64,000 nt of DNA from Amphiscolops sp. MND2022 (taxonomy: Eukaryota). The stretch is from contig OZ076409.1 in the NCBI GenBank assembly GCA_964187785.1, positions 10,542,001-10,606,000 on the forward strand, written 5' to 3'. Positions 22,310-34,600 of this stretch are shown piece by piece. The notes under the pieces are model-generated. The model had not been told where the DNA came from, did no database searches, and saw only the letters and a list, made by a program, of their open reading frames with translations. Within the stretch, counting starts at the first letter, position 1; the number at the start of each line of letters is the position of its first letter. The position numbers were made by a program, and so were the translations under genes.

Positions 22310-23797
22310 ATGCCCGTGTTTCAGGATTCTTCTTCAGTTATCGAAGGCAGTCAAGAAAGAAAACCACCTGTGGAGTTGAACGTGAAAAAATGCCCCCTAC
22401 ACAAGAAACCATGGGTGAAAGAGAAATTACGTTGGCTTTTCAAAATAACCAGACCCAAAAACATTCTGCATCTCTGTATTTGGTCTGTTTGCTTTTCACT
22501 GCTTGTTTACTTCTTCAGTGGTATTTTGGATGATTACGTTGCACAGAATCCGATCTCAATTGTTACATACGTTGACCAAAAACATATCACATCCCCTTTG
22601 AATGTCAAAGTCTGCAATGAGGTGTATTTAGATAAAGAAAAAATTTTGAACTACAATGGTAGCGAATTAGGTTTCAGTTCTTACCAGTTTTTATATGAAG
22701 CCATGTCTGGCAATGACAATTTCAATGACAGCTTTTGGATTTTCATGGACAAAAGTTCAACCAGGTTTTTCACCAGCACCAGAGTTTTGGATGCTTTCGC
22801 TTTAGATCTGGAATCGTTTCTATTGGCCTGTATCGTCTTCAACGAAGACTGCTCGCAAAGTTTCAAAGTTTTTCGAGAATTCTACAACTTATGCTATGAC
22901 GTAACACTTGAGGTTCCGTATTATGACAAAAGCAATGGAATTTATTTGATGTTCTACTTCGACCCGAATATAACAATGGCAAAGTACACTACCACTTTGG
23001 GCGCATTTGTCTCGGTGGCACACGAAGGTCAATACATCGCACCTTCAGAGGGCTTCCATTTGAGCCCAAACGAGCTGGCTATTGTAACTGCATCGGTGAC
23101 TCATCGCTTCCAAGAAAAACCCCTGTCGAAAAAAGACTGCGTCAATTCAGATATCGAGACCCACAATTTCACAGGGAAGCCTTTCCAAACGCTCTATAAC
23201 CCCGAATCATGCATCGATCTCTGCTACGCCAGAGTTTACTATCCAGCATGCCAGTGTGCCCCATTCGTCGGCTGGAATCTGACAAACACAGAATGTCTGG
23301 AAGACAAGGAAAAACTTTCTTGCATGTGGCAGTTTGGCTCTCGTAACAAAAATTATTTGTTCCGAAGCATGACCGAATGCTCGCTTGGCTGTCTGCCCAA
23401 ATGCAACCAGAAGACTCTGGAAAACAATATCCTCAAGAAAAAGTTGGACTGGAATGGTTACAATTTGAGGAATTTCATGAGAAATTTGGCCAGAGGTTTA
23501 GGGCGGGAGCATCCTTACTGGAAAGTACTCAAGGTCAATGACAGCAAGCCAGAAGATTGGGATAGAGTAACACCCCACGTCAGCCAAGTTTTCATTCGTC
23601 TGAAAAACGAGCCAATCAGAATCGTCAACGTTGTTCCGTTGATGAATATGAACACCTTTATAAGCAATTTTGGAGGCCTTTTGGGCATGTGTTTGGGCTT
23701 GAGTGCAATATCCCTGTTTGAATTTTTGGAAAAAGTTATCTACGGGGCTATTTTGTCCGGTCGACAAAACTCAGTGGCCGATGTGGAAAGCACGTAA
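22310..23797 (+). CDS. DEG/ENaC/ASIC-family (amiloride-sensitive) sodium channel subunit, single coding exon, 495 aa
   Basis: TM1 (LHLCIWSVCFSLLVYFFSGILDDY), post-TM1 VKVCN, Cys-rich thumb (CIDLC..CQCAP..CLPKC), TM2 signature FISNFGGLLGMCLGLSAISLFEFL. Confidence 0.93.
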   Translation: MPVFQDSSSVIEGSQERKPPVELNVKKCPLHKKPWVKEKLRWLFKITRPKNILHLCIWSVCFSLLVYFFSGILDDYVAQNPISIVTYVDQKHITSPLNVKVCNEVYLDKEKILNYNGSELGFSSYQFLYEAMSGNDNFNDSFWIFMDKSSTRFFTSTRVLDAFALDLESFLLACIVFNEDCSQSFKVFREFYNLCYDVTLEVPYYDKSNGIYLMFYFDPNITMAKYTTTLGAFVSVAHEGQYIAPSEGFHLSPNELAIVTASVTHRFQEKPLSKKDCVNSDIETHNFTGKPFQTLYNPESCIDLCYARVYYPACQCAPFVGWNLTNTECLEDKEKLSCMWQFGSRNKNYLFRSMTECSLGCLPKCNQKTLENNILKKKLDWNGYNLRNFMRNLARGLGREHPYWKVLKVNDSKPEDWDRVTPHVSQVFIRLKNEPIRIVNVVPLMNMNTFISNFGGLLGMCLGLSAISLFEFLEKVIYGAILSGRQNSVADVEST

Positions 23798-24237
23798 TTC
23801 ATTCAGATACTCAATTTCCAAAGTAGTTAAATTGAAACGAGGAAATGCAAAAATTTGGTCTCATCGAATTTTCGTTTTTTTAGACTGAGTTAGCAGCGAA
23901 TTACTGAGCCAGCAAAACATTTTGCCGATTTTTTTCGCAAATAGATTTTCAGATAAACTTTTAAAAACAACTACGCCATATTTAACCAAAAAGAGCTTTA
24001 ATATTTGATCGTATAAAAACTATTATAATTTGTTTTCATGAATTCAGATAGGTCCCCTGTTGGCAAAATACACAATGAAGGCAAAATTCCTTTCAAATAT
24101 TTCTTCAAAAAAATTCTTTGAAAAGTCCCATAAAAAGCTGTAAGATCTTGTAAGAGAATGTATTATTTGTCAATAACTCTTCTAAGATATGCAAATTCCC
24201 ACTGAAAGCGATACAAAATACATAAACTTGTAACAAT

Positions 24238-26499
24238 TGTTACGACTATTTACAGGTGTAATTTTACGAGTAGTCGCAGTAGGTTTGGTTTTAATTTGAG
24301 TTGAAGTTGCATTTTCCGGAACGTTTTCGGACTCAGAATCTGTTTCTTCGGTAGCTGTTGTGATGGTTTGTTTTTTAGACGTAGGTGCTATTAGTTTTAG
24401 CATTTCTTTTTGGTTTTCAGCCAAGATTTTAGTAAGATCAGACATGATCTCTTTCCTTAGTGAAGACTTGATTTCCTCTAGATTTTCAGTGAGCACTCTA
24501 GGAGATTTGCTCGTTCCCGCTACGGGGTTTAGGTTTTGGTTAGTCTCAGGTATCGGAGTCTCAGTTTCAGTGGAAACTAATTCCTCGACAGCTTTTCTTT
24601 TCTGGCTTCTAGTAGTCATTTTAGAGAGAGAGAGAGGTTGTTCTTTGGAAAACTCGAATTCTTCAAAGAAATTTGGTTTTCAGAAACGAAGTATCAACGT
24701 AGCAAATTAAAAACAGGTCAACTTATTTTACAAATCCCTGTGTATATATACTTTCACAGCATCATTTGTTCCCCACGAAAAAATTTATAGGAATCCTTAA
24801 AATCGGTTTTGTTCATCAAAAACGCTTAACCATCCTTATTAATTCAACCCTTCTATTAATTGTTCACAATTTAAAAATCCTAGTCACGGCTCCCTTACGG
24901 AATACTTGTTGAAATCATTTTGTTCATTGATATCGTTTCCGGTCTGATCGCGGAAAAGGCGGCAAAATGAAAGTATAGTTGAATTTTCATCGAGAAAAGC
25001 ACGCTGGCGTGATCAATGATTCATCTTGAGACTAGTGAAAATCGTCTGTTCGCGGTAAAAAAATGACAAGCAAAATTGACTACGGAAATATCTCGGAGTG
25101 ATTTTGGATTAATGTGCTGAGAATATTTTGAAAAGAACAAATGATGCTGGAGAGATAGTTAATACAGATCAAGAACTGAAATGGCAAATAATATAGCACA
25201 GTATCATTCTGAGCTAATTTTACATGTATTGAAGCAATTTTACATGAGTTGAAACATAATGGCTTGGCTAATACAGATCAATAGATTATTTAGCCCAATG
25301 AACATGGCGTAGTAAATGTACAAAACACCTTTTTCCAAAATGAAGGAAAACACCTTTCGTTTAATCGTTTCCCTTGTCTTAACCTGTAGCACGATCATTT
25401 TGATTAGTTATTAAAACGGGAATAATCCGGAAAGGTATTATGATGATATTTTGAATATTCCGTTTCGTTTCTGTATGGCATGAGGAATATCTTGACATGT
25501 TAAAACAATTTTGGTCTTGCAGCATTACCTTCAGTCGTTCTATACGTATTAACATTAGGCATAACCTTGTCATTTTACAATTTGCTCCGTAAGCGCTCCG
25601 TACGTATTAAGATTAGGTATAACTTCATCGCCTTACAATTTGCTCCGTAAGCGCTCCGTACGTATTAAGATTAGATATAATTTCATCGCTTTACAATTTG
25701 CTCCGTAAGCGCTCCGTACGTATTAAGATTAGGTATAATTTCATCGCTTTACAATTTGCTCCGTAAGCGCTCCATACGTATTAAGATTAGGTATAGTTGG
25801 CTAGCTGTCAGCGGAGCTAGAACGGAGTAAAAGGCCATTCTTAAATCATTCTTAGTGACGTCACTCGAAAAATTCTCATTCGCTTGAGCGCAAATATGCT
25901 AGTTTTATTTGCGACGCTATTGGTCCGTAAAATCAGAAATGCCAATATTTTGCTTATTTGAGCGGCGTTGCCATTACGTTGCAAGAACCTAGTTAAATTA
26001 CTTGACTGTAATTCAAATAGGCTCTTACAGCTACTTCAGCCATCAGAAACAAATTTATTACGTTATCTTGCGTTCTTTTCATTTTAGATTGTATGAATTC
26101 CGTTGGGATCGCGGAGTTAAATACTGTTTTTAATGTTTTCATTTCAGTGTGTAAAAGAAAAAATGATCCCAGAGTTAAGAATGTTTTCATTTTGTTGTTT
26201 AGATCCTTATGGAATTTTTAGCAGGCAAAACCGGAAGTAATAGAACGGTTACGCATGAAAACTTTATACCGGAAGTTCCGTTTTGTCTAAAAATCACTTT
26301 TGGATATTTTATGTATGGTTTCCGTTAGGTTAAATACCTTTCTGTTCTGATTATTAGTTCGTACTACAGTTTAAGCAAAGGTAAGTAATCAGTCAAAGTT
26401 TTTACTTAATTTTGTGTGGTTCTGCCATGTCCTCGTCCTCTTGCAAATTTCGGTATTCCCCCGCAACAGGAAAAACCCGACAGGGAGCGGGTCGCGACA
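24238..26499 (-). repeat. 3' LTR of element B (2262 bp)
   Basis: Direct repeat of 37862..40124 with scattered substitutions and small indels. Minus-strand ends TGTCGCGAC...GTCGTAACA. Confidence 0.93.
25577..25796. repeat. 58-bp tandem repeat x~3.8 inside LTR
   Basis: Units start at 25577, 25635, 25693 and 25751 (ACAATTTGCTCCGTAAGCGCTCCGTACGTATTAAGATTAG...). Confidence 0.9.
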
Positions 26500-26977
26500 T
26501 GGCGCCTCTATAGCCTGTTGACCATGGTCTGGGGCAATGTGGGATTTCTCTAGTGATAAGCACGGGCTGTTTTCGCATTCTTGTTAGCTTGGCAGACGTG
26601 TAGCGGGTTCCGCGTCCACACAGTGGCCTGTACTTCGGACTGTCCTGCAAGCTGATTCCGTGGGACTCTTCTATCTCATTTATATGGGGCTCCATTAAAT
26701 CATCTAGACGATCAATTTTTGCAGGTGGTTCGTTTGACGAGTGTTGGCGGTTAGTTAAATCTTGTGGGACCGGTGCATTTTGAAACGGGGGTAACTGCCG
26801 CGGGGTATCCGGTTCTTCATAATATCTCTCTTCCGAATTTTCAGCGGTTTGTTCTTCCACTGTAAATACTTCTCCGGGGCTTGACGTTCCGAATGTTATT
26901 TTTCTAGGGGAGCCTATTGTCTCAAACGTTGAGGCAGATATATTTGATAGGTTGAGTTCATTGATGGAAGACATCAA
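26402..26977 (-). CDS. Hypothetical 191-aa disordered ORF running from element B interior into the 3' LTR
   Basis: Open frame with Ser/Pro/Glu-rich composition; no recognisable domain. Confidence 0.35.
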   Translation of the reverse strand: MMSSINELNLSNISASTFETIGSPRKITFGTSSPGEVFTVEEQTAENSEERYYEEPDTPRQLPPFQNAPVPQDLTNRQHSSNEPPAKIDRLDDLMEPHINEIEESHGISLQDSPKYRPLCGRGTRYTSAKLTRMRKQPVLITREIPHCPRPWSTGYRGAMSRPAPCRVFPVAGEYRNLQEDEDMAEPHKIK

Positions 26978-27084
26978 TTCTTCAGCGCTCCCTTTGGTAG
27001 CTTCTAGTGAAGATCCGGACAGGTCTAACGTTTATTGTACAACAAATTAAGAGGTCAATTCTCTTCCGTTTGTGTTTTCCTGTA

Positions 27085-27255
27085 TTTCTATTGGCTGATA
27101 TTTTCCTTTTATTTCAGTTCGTTTTATCTTCGGAAAGAGTTTCACTTTCATCTGTGCTATGATTGGCTGAACTGCAAGGATAGAATTTCTAGGTTTAAAC
27201 TTCATCATGACGTCATCAACTACTCTCTGAGGATGATCCGTATGACGTCATAAGC
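27085..27255. promoter_or_regulatory. Putative internal promoter: two reverse CCAAT boxes and two CRE palindromes
   Basis: ATTGGCTGA at 27090 and 27162; TGACGTCA at 27208 and 27243. Lies ~230 bp upstream of the antisense gene ATG. Confidence 0.5.
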
Positions 27256-27481
27256 TTGAAGATGGCTTTTCTTGGTTATTTTACACTTGACTCCAGAATT
27301 TTTAAAAAACTTTTATGCTTTCATCGATGATAGAACGGCCAATTGTTGATTTTCCTTTTTGTGTTGATAGGATGTTTCTGATTCTTTTTAGACATTCACG
27401 TTATAGGGGCGTTTTCTTTTGCCTTGGTTTTCTATGGGTTCTCCTTAGTTCTTCTTTCTCTCTTTAGATCGCTATTGTCTA

Positions 27482-30400
27482 ATGGAAGAAGATTCCGATC
27501 TTCCCCCGCTCACTCCTGCTCCGGTTTCTGGGTTCCAAAGTGGCCATGACACCACTTATAACTGGTCGGAGGACGATATTATTGCCTCGGGTACGGAATG
27601 TAGGCGAGCAGAATCAGGTTGGTAAAAAATCTTTCTGACTTCCATGGGTAATCAGACTATTGTTTTGGTGATCAGCCTTTGTAGTCTTACCCGTAACTCT
27701 GACGCGTCGAACCAGATCTTGATTTTTCAGTAACTCAACCTGTAGTAGTTGCCAGCAATACCGGCGGTCCTCCGGATGCTCTTCCTTCTACCCAATCAGT
27801 TCAGCTGCCGCCTCTATCCTTTGTTTTGCAACCTGTATTTTCTTCTTCCTGTACTGCAGGAATCGTAGGGACTGTTATCGGCGACGTTGATACTGAGCTG
27901 CCTGTTGAAGGACCTTCTGTTGTCAAGTCCGGAGCTATGACGGTTTCTCCTGAACTTGAGTGCTTCTCTGTTACTCAGTGTCAGCGGCCTCCCTCAGATG
28001 AGTCTCATGAAAGTGAGACTGATCCCCCCTCCAGAAAAAAGGACTGGTTAGTTGGGTCTTCTTTTTTTTCTCTGTGAAGTGAGTTCATTGTCTTCACTGT
28101 AAGCGAAACATGTGTGTTTATGTTGTAGTTGCAAAAAAAGTGCTGTTCGGCGGACTGTTGTGAATTGTGCAGCGACTCCCAAACGGGGCAAGAAAGTGTT
28201 GCTACCTTCTCCTTCAGCGACACCCATGGGAGGATGGAGTAGTTAGTTTTGTCTTCTTGGAACGTACTAATCGTTTGTTTGTTCGGTGTGGTTTCTGGGG
28301 AATGATCATCGGATGATGTGTTGTTTTTGGTCTAGATGATCTCCCAGGTGGTTCCGGAGGCATTTCGTTGAGTCCACAGGATATGTTTCGTCTGGGCCAG
28401 CAACTTGTGGACGAGATTGACAGTCGGGCTGCAAGGACTATTCAAAGCGGTCTGTGCATGCATTGTGTTTATATCTTTCTAATTTTTGTTTCTGTCACTT
28501 TTTCTTTGTTTGTCCCCCGTTTGTTGTCCGTTGTGGTATTGAGTGTTGATCTTTAACCTCTGACACCATGATGTAAAGTATGTATGTTATTTAGGTTTCG
28601 AAGAGTTGACTGAGAAGGTAGTCGGAAAGTACTGTGGTCCTAAGACGAAAAAGTACAGCAGTCGAAACTACTTGCATAAGCGAATGTTGGGGTTGAACCA
28701 ACTGTTTCAAGATGTTGTTAGTGGCCCGAAGAATGGACGTGGAACCCATTTCTTTTGTAAAGTGTGCAAGAGAGATGTCGCAATGAAAGCTCACGGTTCT
28801 GGGGAGTTTGGACGGCATTTTTATTCTCCTGGACATTGGAATCGCGATGTGACATACCGGGTACACATGGGACTCCCGATTTACAATCGTCTAATGGAAC
28901 CAATGGCTTTGTCTGCCGCTCAACTTGCGGATTTTCGTTCACGCCCATTTGAAGATCTCGGTGAGGGTTTTCCATTCCCTGAAGATTTGGTGCCGAAACG
29001 GGCACGAGTTGAGTCTAAAGTGCCCTACATGACTCTGGTGGCTTCTCTTTGTGACTTTCTTCGCAGTGGCGGTGATTTCAATCTGGTACGCCGTTTGTGG
29101 GGCTACTTCCGTGCAACGTTGGGTGAACGGCAGCCAGATTTCTCTTTCGAGTGGAGTCGATCTGAGACTATCGTTAGTATGGTTGTTGGTATTCGTGTGT
29201 GATTCGGCCTTTTGGCCGTTTTTGATGAGAGTAAAAAACATAGCTGCGTGTCTGAGGATGTACATTTTCATGATTTTTGGGTAGCATTTTTCGTTAGAAT
29301 GGGGGCTTGGTTGGTTGTGGTTTTTGCTGATGAGCATAGTGTGTATTTGTTTTAGTCTTTCCTCTGTCAGGGAGTTGCTCCGCGGGCCCTCCGATTGGTA
29401 GTGAGTGGTGTAACTAGTATATCAGAGTATGCTCTTCAATTTGAGAAGGACAGTCGAGTGGAGTATTGCTTCATCATTTATTGGGATGTGGACAAACTGA
29501 AGAAAGTTAGTGTAGACGTACAATCACTGGATGAGGAATTGCCCAATGCGGAATTGAACCGACGATTGCAGATGGTGGTTCGTGGTGCCAGTCCGTCTTT
29601 GATGCGAGTGTTGGGTGACACACGCGAAGTTTCTCGTCGCTTTGTTGTTTATCAGCGTTTTACGGAAGAAGTGTTTCTGGAGTGCTTTCAGCGTGCTCAC
29701 CAAGATGTTTTTGGCATGGTGGAGAATGGCACGTTGGTCGAATTCATCATTCAAAGGATGAAAAGTGCCGTGTACGAAGATTGGACTGAGGGTAACCCCT
29801 GCTTCGCAAATGTATCCGCAATGGACGCGTCAATTTTTGGGATCTTCGTGAGTTGTTGACAGACTTGACTGAGTTGTGGCACATAATACGACCATATATC
29901 CGTTGTACTGGACTACCCTATGCCAAGGAGAAAGCGGATCGCATTAGTGCATTCCTTTGTGTTCTTTTGTCGTATTATAACGAATGATGTTGATTTCGGT
30001 TGTTGTGCCTTTTAGATGCGCGGTACTGAACTGTATGTCGTCTCCGATAAGATGATGGTTCATCGGTTCGGGCTGCTACGTTTGGTGCTCGATATGTGTA
30101 AGTAATACTCGGGTGGTTGCTTGAATGCGAATTGTGTTCGTCTGTTTCTGTATTGGCATTTTGTTGATTGATTTCCGTTTGTTGTTCGTTTGATCTTTCT
30201 AATCTTTGTTTGTTGTTCTAAAAGATTTCTGTGTGCGATGACTGATATATTGTTTTTATTTTTGTTTAGTTTATGTGAAGATCGGGAAGGCGCAGCAAAG
30301 ACGTTATGACTACGATTTTCATTGTTTTGGAGAAGTCTGCAATTTCGTGTATTGTTTACTAATGGAGACTCGTGAGCTCAACGCGTTGCCTAGTATCCAT

Positions 30401-31378
30401 CAATGGAAAGAGTACATGAGTGTGGAGAGTGTGGAACGTTTCCCTTCCGTTTCTATAGATTGCTTTTTGAGCAGTTACGATTTGGGCAAGGAGCTTGCGG
30501 CTGGAAAAGCTAGTGAATCACGAGAGTTTCGAGTGAAGTGTTCTGAATTCCTGGATCAGCTTATTGTTATGGTCTTGCAGCACGGGAGCGTTACGTCTGG
30601 GGTTTCTCGGGGGCTATCGAGTTTCTGTTCCAAAATCTTGCTGGAAGGTGACAATAGTTGTGTTTTTACTTTGTTCGCCGATCTCTGTCGTTTGTACGTG
30701 GGCTGCGGAGTGTTGGCTTTGGATGTGTCCAAAGCTGCTGTCGAAAAGTTCACCAGTTATGTCGCTGAGAAACGGCGTCAACACGCTGATAGTACCCGAT
30801 CTGCCAGTGATATCTCAAATATTATGGAATTCTTGTTGAATGATTTTTCGGTTCATGCCCGTCATCACGTATTCCGTGTATTCAAGCTGTGCTGTTTGGT
30901 GATTGAGCTTCCTCGTAGTGATCTTCCTGCTGTTGAGTTTGATTTATCTGGATGCGCTCTTAGTCGGATAGATTTTGACCGGAGTCTTCGTCTGGTTCAG
31001 TCATATGTGTTATGTTCTGGATACTCACATGAGACTTTCTTCACCAATCCTACTTTGGATGCCGTCCGAGATGCGATCGCAACTGCTGGAGTGTTCTTTG
31101 TGGCACCGAATTATAATTTGTGGGCTGGCTTTTGTGATCCTGCGTATGAGAAATATATTACTGATGTGGGGGTTGCGTACAAACAGTTCTTGGATGAGCG
31201 ACGTAAAGCTGGTGAGAGTCACTATATTGAGTGTAATCGTGCTAATCGTTTGTCATCAGTGGATCGCGGATCATGTTCGTCAAGCGAAGGAAGTCTCGTG
31301 GGCGTTGGATCTAAGACGAAAAAGGGGGAAGCGCAGCCCGTGGCAATTGTGAAGAAGATATCTGCGGCCAATAGTTAG
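27482..31378 (+). CDS. 8-exon antisense gene inside element B; ~979-aa BED-type zinc-finger, hAT-transposase-like protein
   Basis: Exons 27482-27617, 27731-28046, 28129-28241, 28336-28449, 28595-29172, 29356-29847, 30016-30097 and 30270-31378. All introns are GT..AG with T-rich acceptors; phases 1,2,1,1,0,0,1 join without a stop. Motif FCKVC-x17-RHFYSPGH. The exon 6 end is ambiguous. Confidence 0.8.
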
Positions 31379-31624
31379 AGCTCTGGAAAAAGCGATGTTC
31401 AGAAAGGGAAGAGTCAAAAAGACGTGTCATTCCCGTGTATTTCATCAGATAAAATGATGTCAACTTTATTTAGTTTTTATTTGAAACTTTTGATGTTAGT
31501 GTTTTTGTACGTTGTATCAGCCTATCTTCTGGTATTTTGATACTTCTGGTGTGATTTCTATCAGATATTGGGTATAAATTGACGTAGCCATTCCGGTCCG
31601 GTTTGATTCATTGATCGTTTTTAT

Positions 31625-34600
31625 TCAGTTTTGAGTTTGAGAGCTTCCTTCCGTAGTGATTGCGTCAAGCATCCGAAAATTAGGATGCGCGTTAGGTCTA
31701 GGATTTGGACGTAGGTTGTATCTTCCCGTTTTTCTAGGATTGTATCCGACAACTATAGGTGGTAGTGTAGGCGGTATTGGGGGGCTTTCCGTAGGCGGCA
31801 GAGTCATTATAAAAGGGTTATCACTGACGTCCAAGTTAAATGACGTATTATCTCCGCAGGATGATTATCCGTTGTTATACCCCCATCTTCAGTCGTTATA
31901 GCTGTTTCATGGTTTGTCGTAGTTTCGTCTTCAGTTTGTATTTCCATGATGGTAGCTTCTTCATTTTCGTTTTCCGTTGAGGTTCCGAACAGAACTTCTC
32001 CGAATTCGGTTTCCCAAGCTTGTGCGTACCAATCGTCATGGGTTGTTTTAACCTCAGGATCTGGAAGCTGGTCTTCCACTTTGACTGTTACGTCAGGTAC
32101 TCGTTGATTGGGCGCGTATAGCCTTAGGCGAATTCTATGGAGGGTTTGCGTATATCTTGTTCCCGTCCGTCTTACGACGTAATTGTTATTGGAAAGGACT
32201 TTGACCACTATGTATGGCCCTGTCCAAATGCAATCTTTGAAAGCGAATTTCAATGACTGGTTATCAGCCTTCGGATTCAAGGCGTAGCAATAGTCATTGA
32301 TTTTCAATGGCGTTGCTGTCGATTTTTTATCATAATATCGCTTGTACTTCAAATATGATTGCATGAGGTTGTCCTTGGCTGACTGGTGAATTTCGGTGAT
32401 TTGCTTTTGTAATTCGTCCGTTAGATCTTCGTTGGCGTCTTTTTTCCATTCTGGCTTGAGTCCCAGTTTGATGTCCAGAATGTTGTACGGGAAGCGTCCG
32501 TGAAATACTGTTGTCGGTTCGCAGCCTAGGCTTTCGTGGTAGCTTGTGTTGTAGTTCATGACTGCAATTTGTACGTATTTATGCCACATTGAACGTCGTT
32601 CTCCCGTTGATATTTTTAAGGACGTTTTTAGTGATGCGTGTGTTCTCTCAAGTATTCCAATCGCTTGTGCATGTTTCATTGATGCGTGACTAGTCCGTAT
32701 GTCGAGAGTTTGTGCTATCTGGTTTACGACATCTGATCGGAATTGTGATCCTTTGTCAGTGAGGATTACTGTAGGCAGGTAACAATGGCGTGTCATTACG
32801 TCAATTATGCATCGGCCTACTGTTCTGGCTGTCATGTCTTGCGTAGGGTATGCGAAGAGGTATCGAGAGAAAACGTCCATCATTGTTATGATGTGCCTGT
32901 ATCCATTGGATGAAGGGAAATTTGGTAGAATGTCAACTTCTAAGCAATCCTCTGAGCCGAATGTAAATTCCGTGTTGCTCAGCATTTTTGGGCGTATTTG
33001 TCTCGTGTCAATCCGTTTATTGGCTATGCAGTCAGGGCAGTTGATTACTCAAGCTCTGATTTTCCGTGCGAGTCCCGGATAGTAGTATTTTGTTCGGCTT
33101 TCTTGGATCATCTTTGTTATTCCTGGGTGTTTGTTGGTTTTTCCGTGCAGTGTTGATAGGAGTTCGGGGACTATGTGTTTCGGTATGAGGATTTGGTGAT
33201 GCGTGACTGTGCCATCCTCTCCGTAATATTTGCGCATGAGAACTCCATCTTTAACTATTATTCTTTCTTCGTGGCGTAGCAGATTTCTCCCTCTAGGTTC
33301 AGTTTTGAGGAGATGTTTGTCGTATTCTTCGTGGAGTAGACGTAGCTTTAGTGCTTTCAGGATTGGATCTGCATCTTGTTCGTTGCGTATTCGGGCGTTT
33401 TCTTTGATTGCCCCAAATGCGTAGACTGCCGTATTGAGCGGTATTTGGACTGCTTCTGTTATTTCGGTGGATAGGTTTTGCTGTTCTTTTTCGTCCACTG
33501 CTCGTTGTTTGCTAAGGGCTTTTCTTGCAAGAGTTTCTTGTTCTGATTCTTCTTCCTCATCTGGTCGGAAAAAAAGTTGTTCTTCGTCGGCGACATCTGT
33601 GGACTGTAGGTTGACTTCGATGGGTGCCGTTATAATGTCGTCTCGTAGCTTGAGTTGAACCTTTTCTTTTGGCGTTAGTTCCAGGCGAGACGGAAAATCG
33701 GCTGCTGTGTTTTGTGACCCGGCTACGTGCATAGTGCGGAACTTGAATTGTTGTACGTAGTCACAGGCATTCCAGAGAGCAGGTGGCGTTGTCTTTGTTT
33801 GGAAAAATCTTGTTACTGATCTATTGTCCGTTAATACTAGGGATGGTAGTGTCGTTTCCCATAGGATGTGACTGTATTCTAGGAATGCGTGGTAAATGGC
33901 AAGGAACTCTTTACAGTATATCGACATTTTTAGCTGTGACGGAGAGAATACGCGGGAACCAAAAGCGACCGGTGCGAAGGTTTTTCGTTTAGAGAGTAGT
34001 TTTTTATCGTCGTTTTCTTCTATCATTAGGGCGTAGCCTGATGCTCGGAAACTTGCGTCCGTCATTAATACGTATTGTTTTCCCGCAACTGGTTGTCTGA
34101 GGGCTAGACCACATGCTTCCGCTAGGCTTGCGTTGATGGCTTTGAAGTTGTCGACTAGTTCTTCTGATATGGTGATTTTTGCATCTGCTTTTAGGAGTTC
34201 GTACATTCCAATCATCTTTTCGGACAGTCTTGGTATGTAGTTTCTGTAGTAGTTGATGAATCCAATGTTTTTCTGGACTTGTTTCTTTGATCGGGGAAAT
34301 CTGATTTTTGACAAAAAGTTGGTGATTTTGTGGTCTTGCGGTGCTACTCCGTGAGGTGTGATGGTCCTTCCGAAAAATTCGATTTGGGAGACACCAAAGT
34401 GGCATTTTTCGATTGTGAGTTTTAGTCCGGCTTTGCGGATGCATTTTAAGACTGCTCTGATGTTCTTGATGAGTTGTTCCGTTGTGTTGGCGGCAATCCG
34501 AATATCGTCCATATATTGTGCACACTGGTCTGCTTTGATGACGGTGTCGAGGTATTCCCGCATGAAGCTCGAAAAGGCTGACAAGGCTCTAGTAAGTCCT

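Noticed and set aside
25577..25796. Regular repeats resembling a CRISPR array
   Set aside because: Units are contiguous with no unique spacers, lie inside a eukaryotic LTR, and no cas genes are present.
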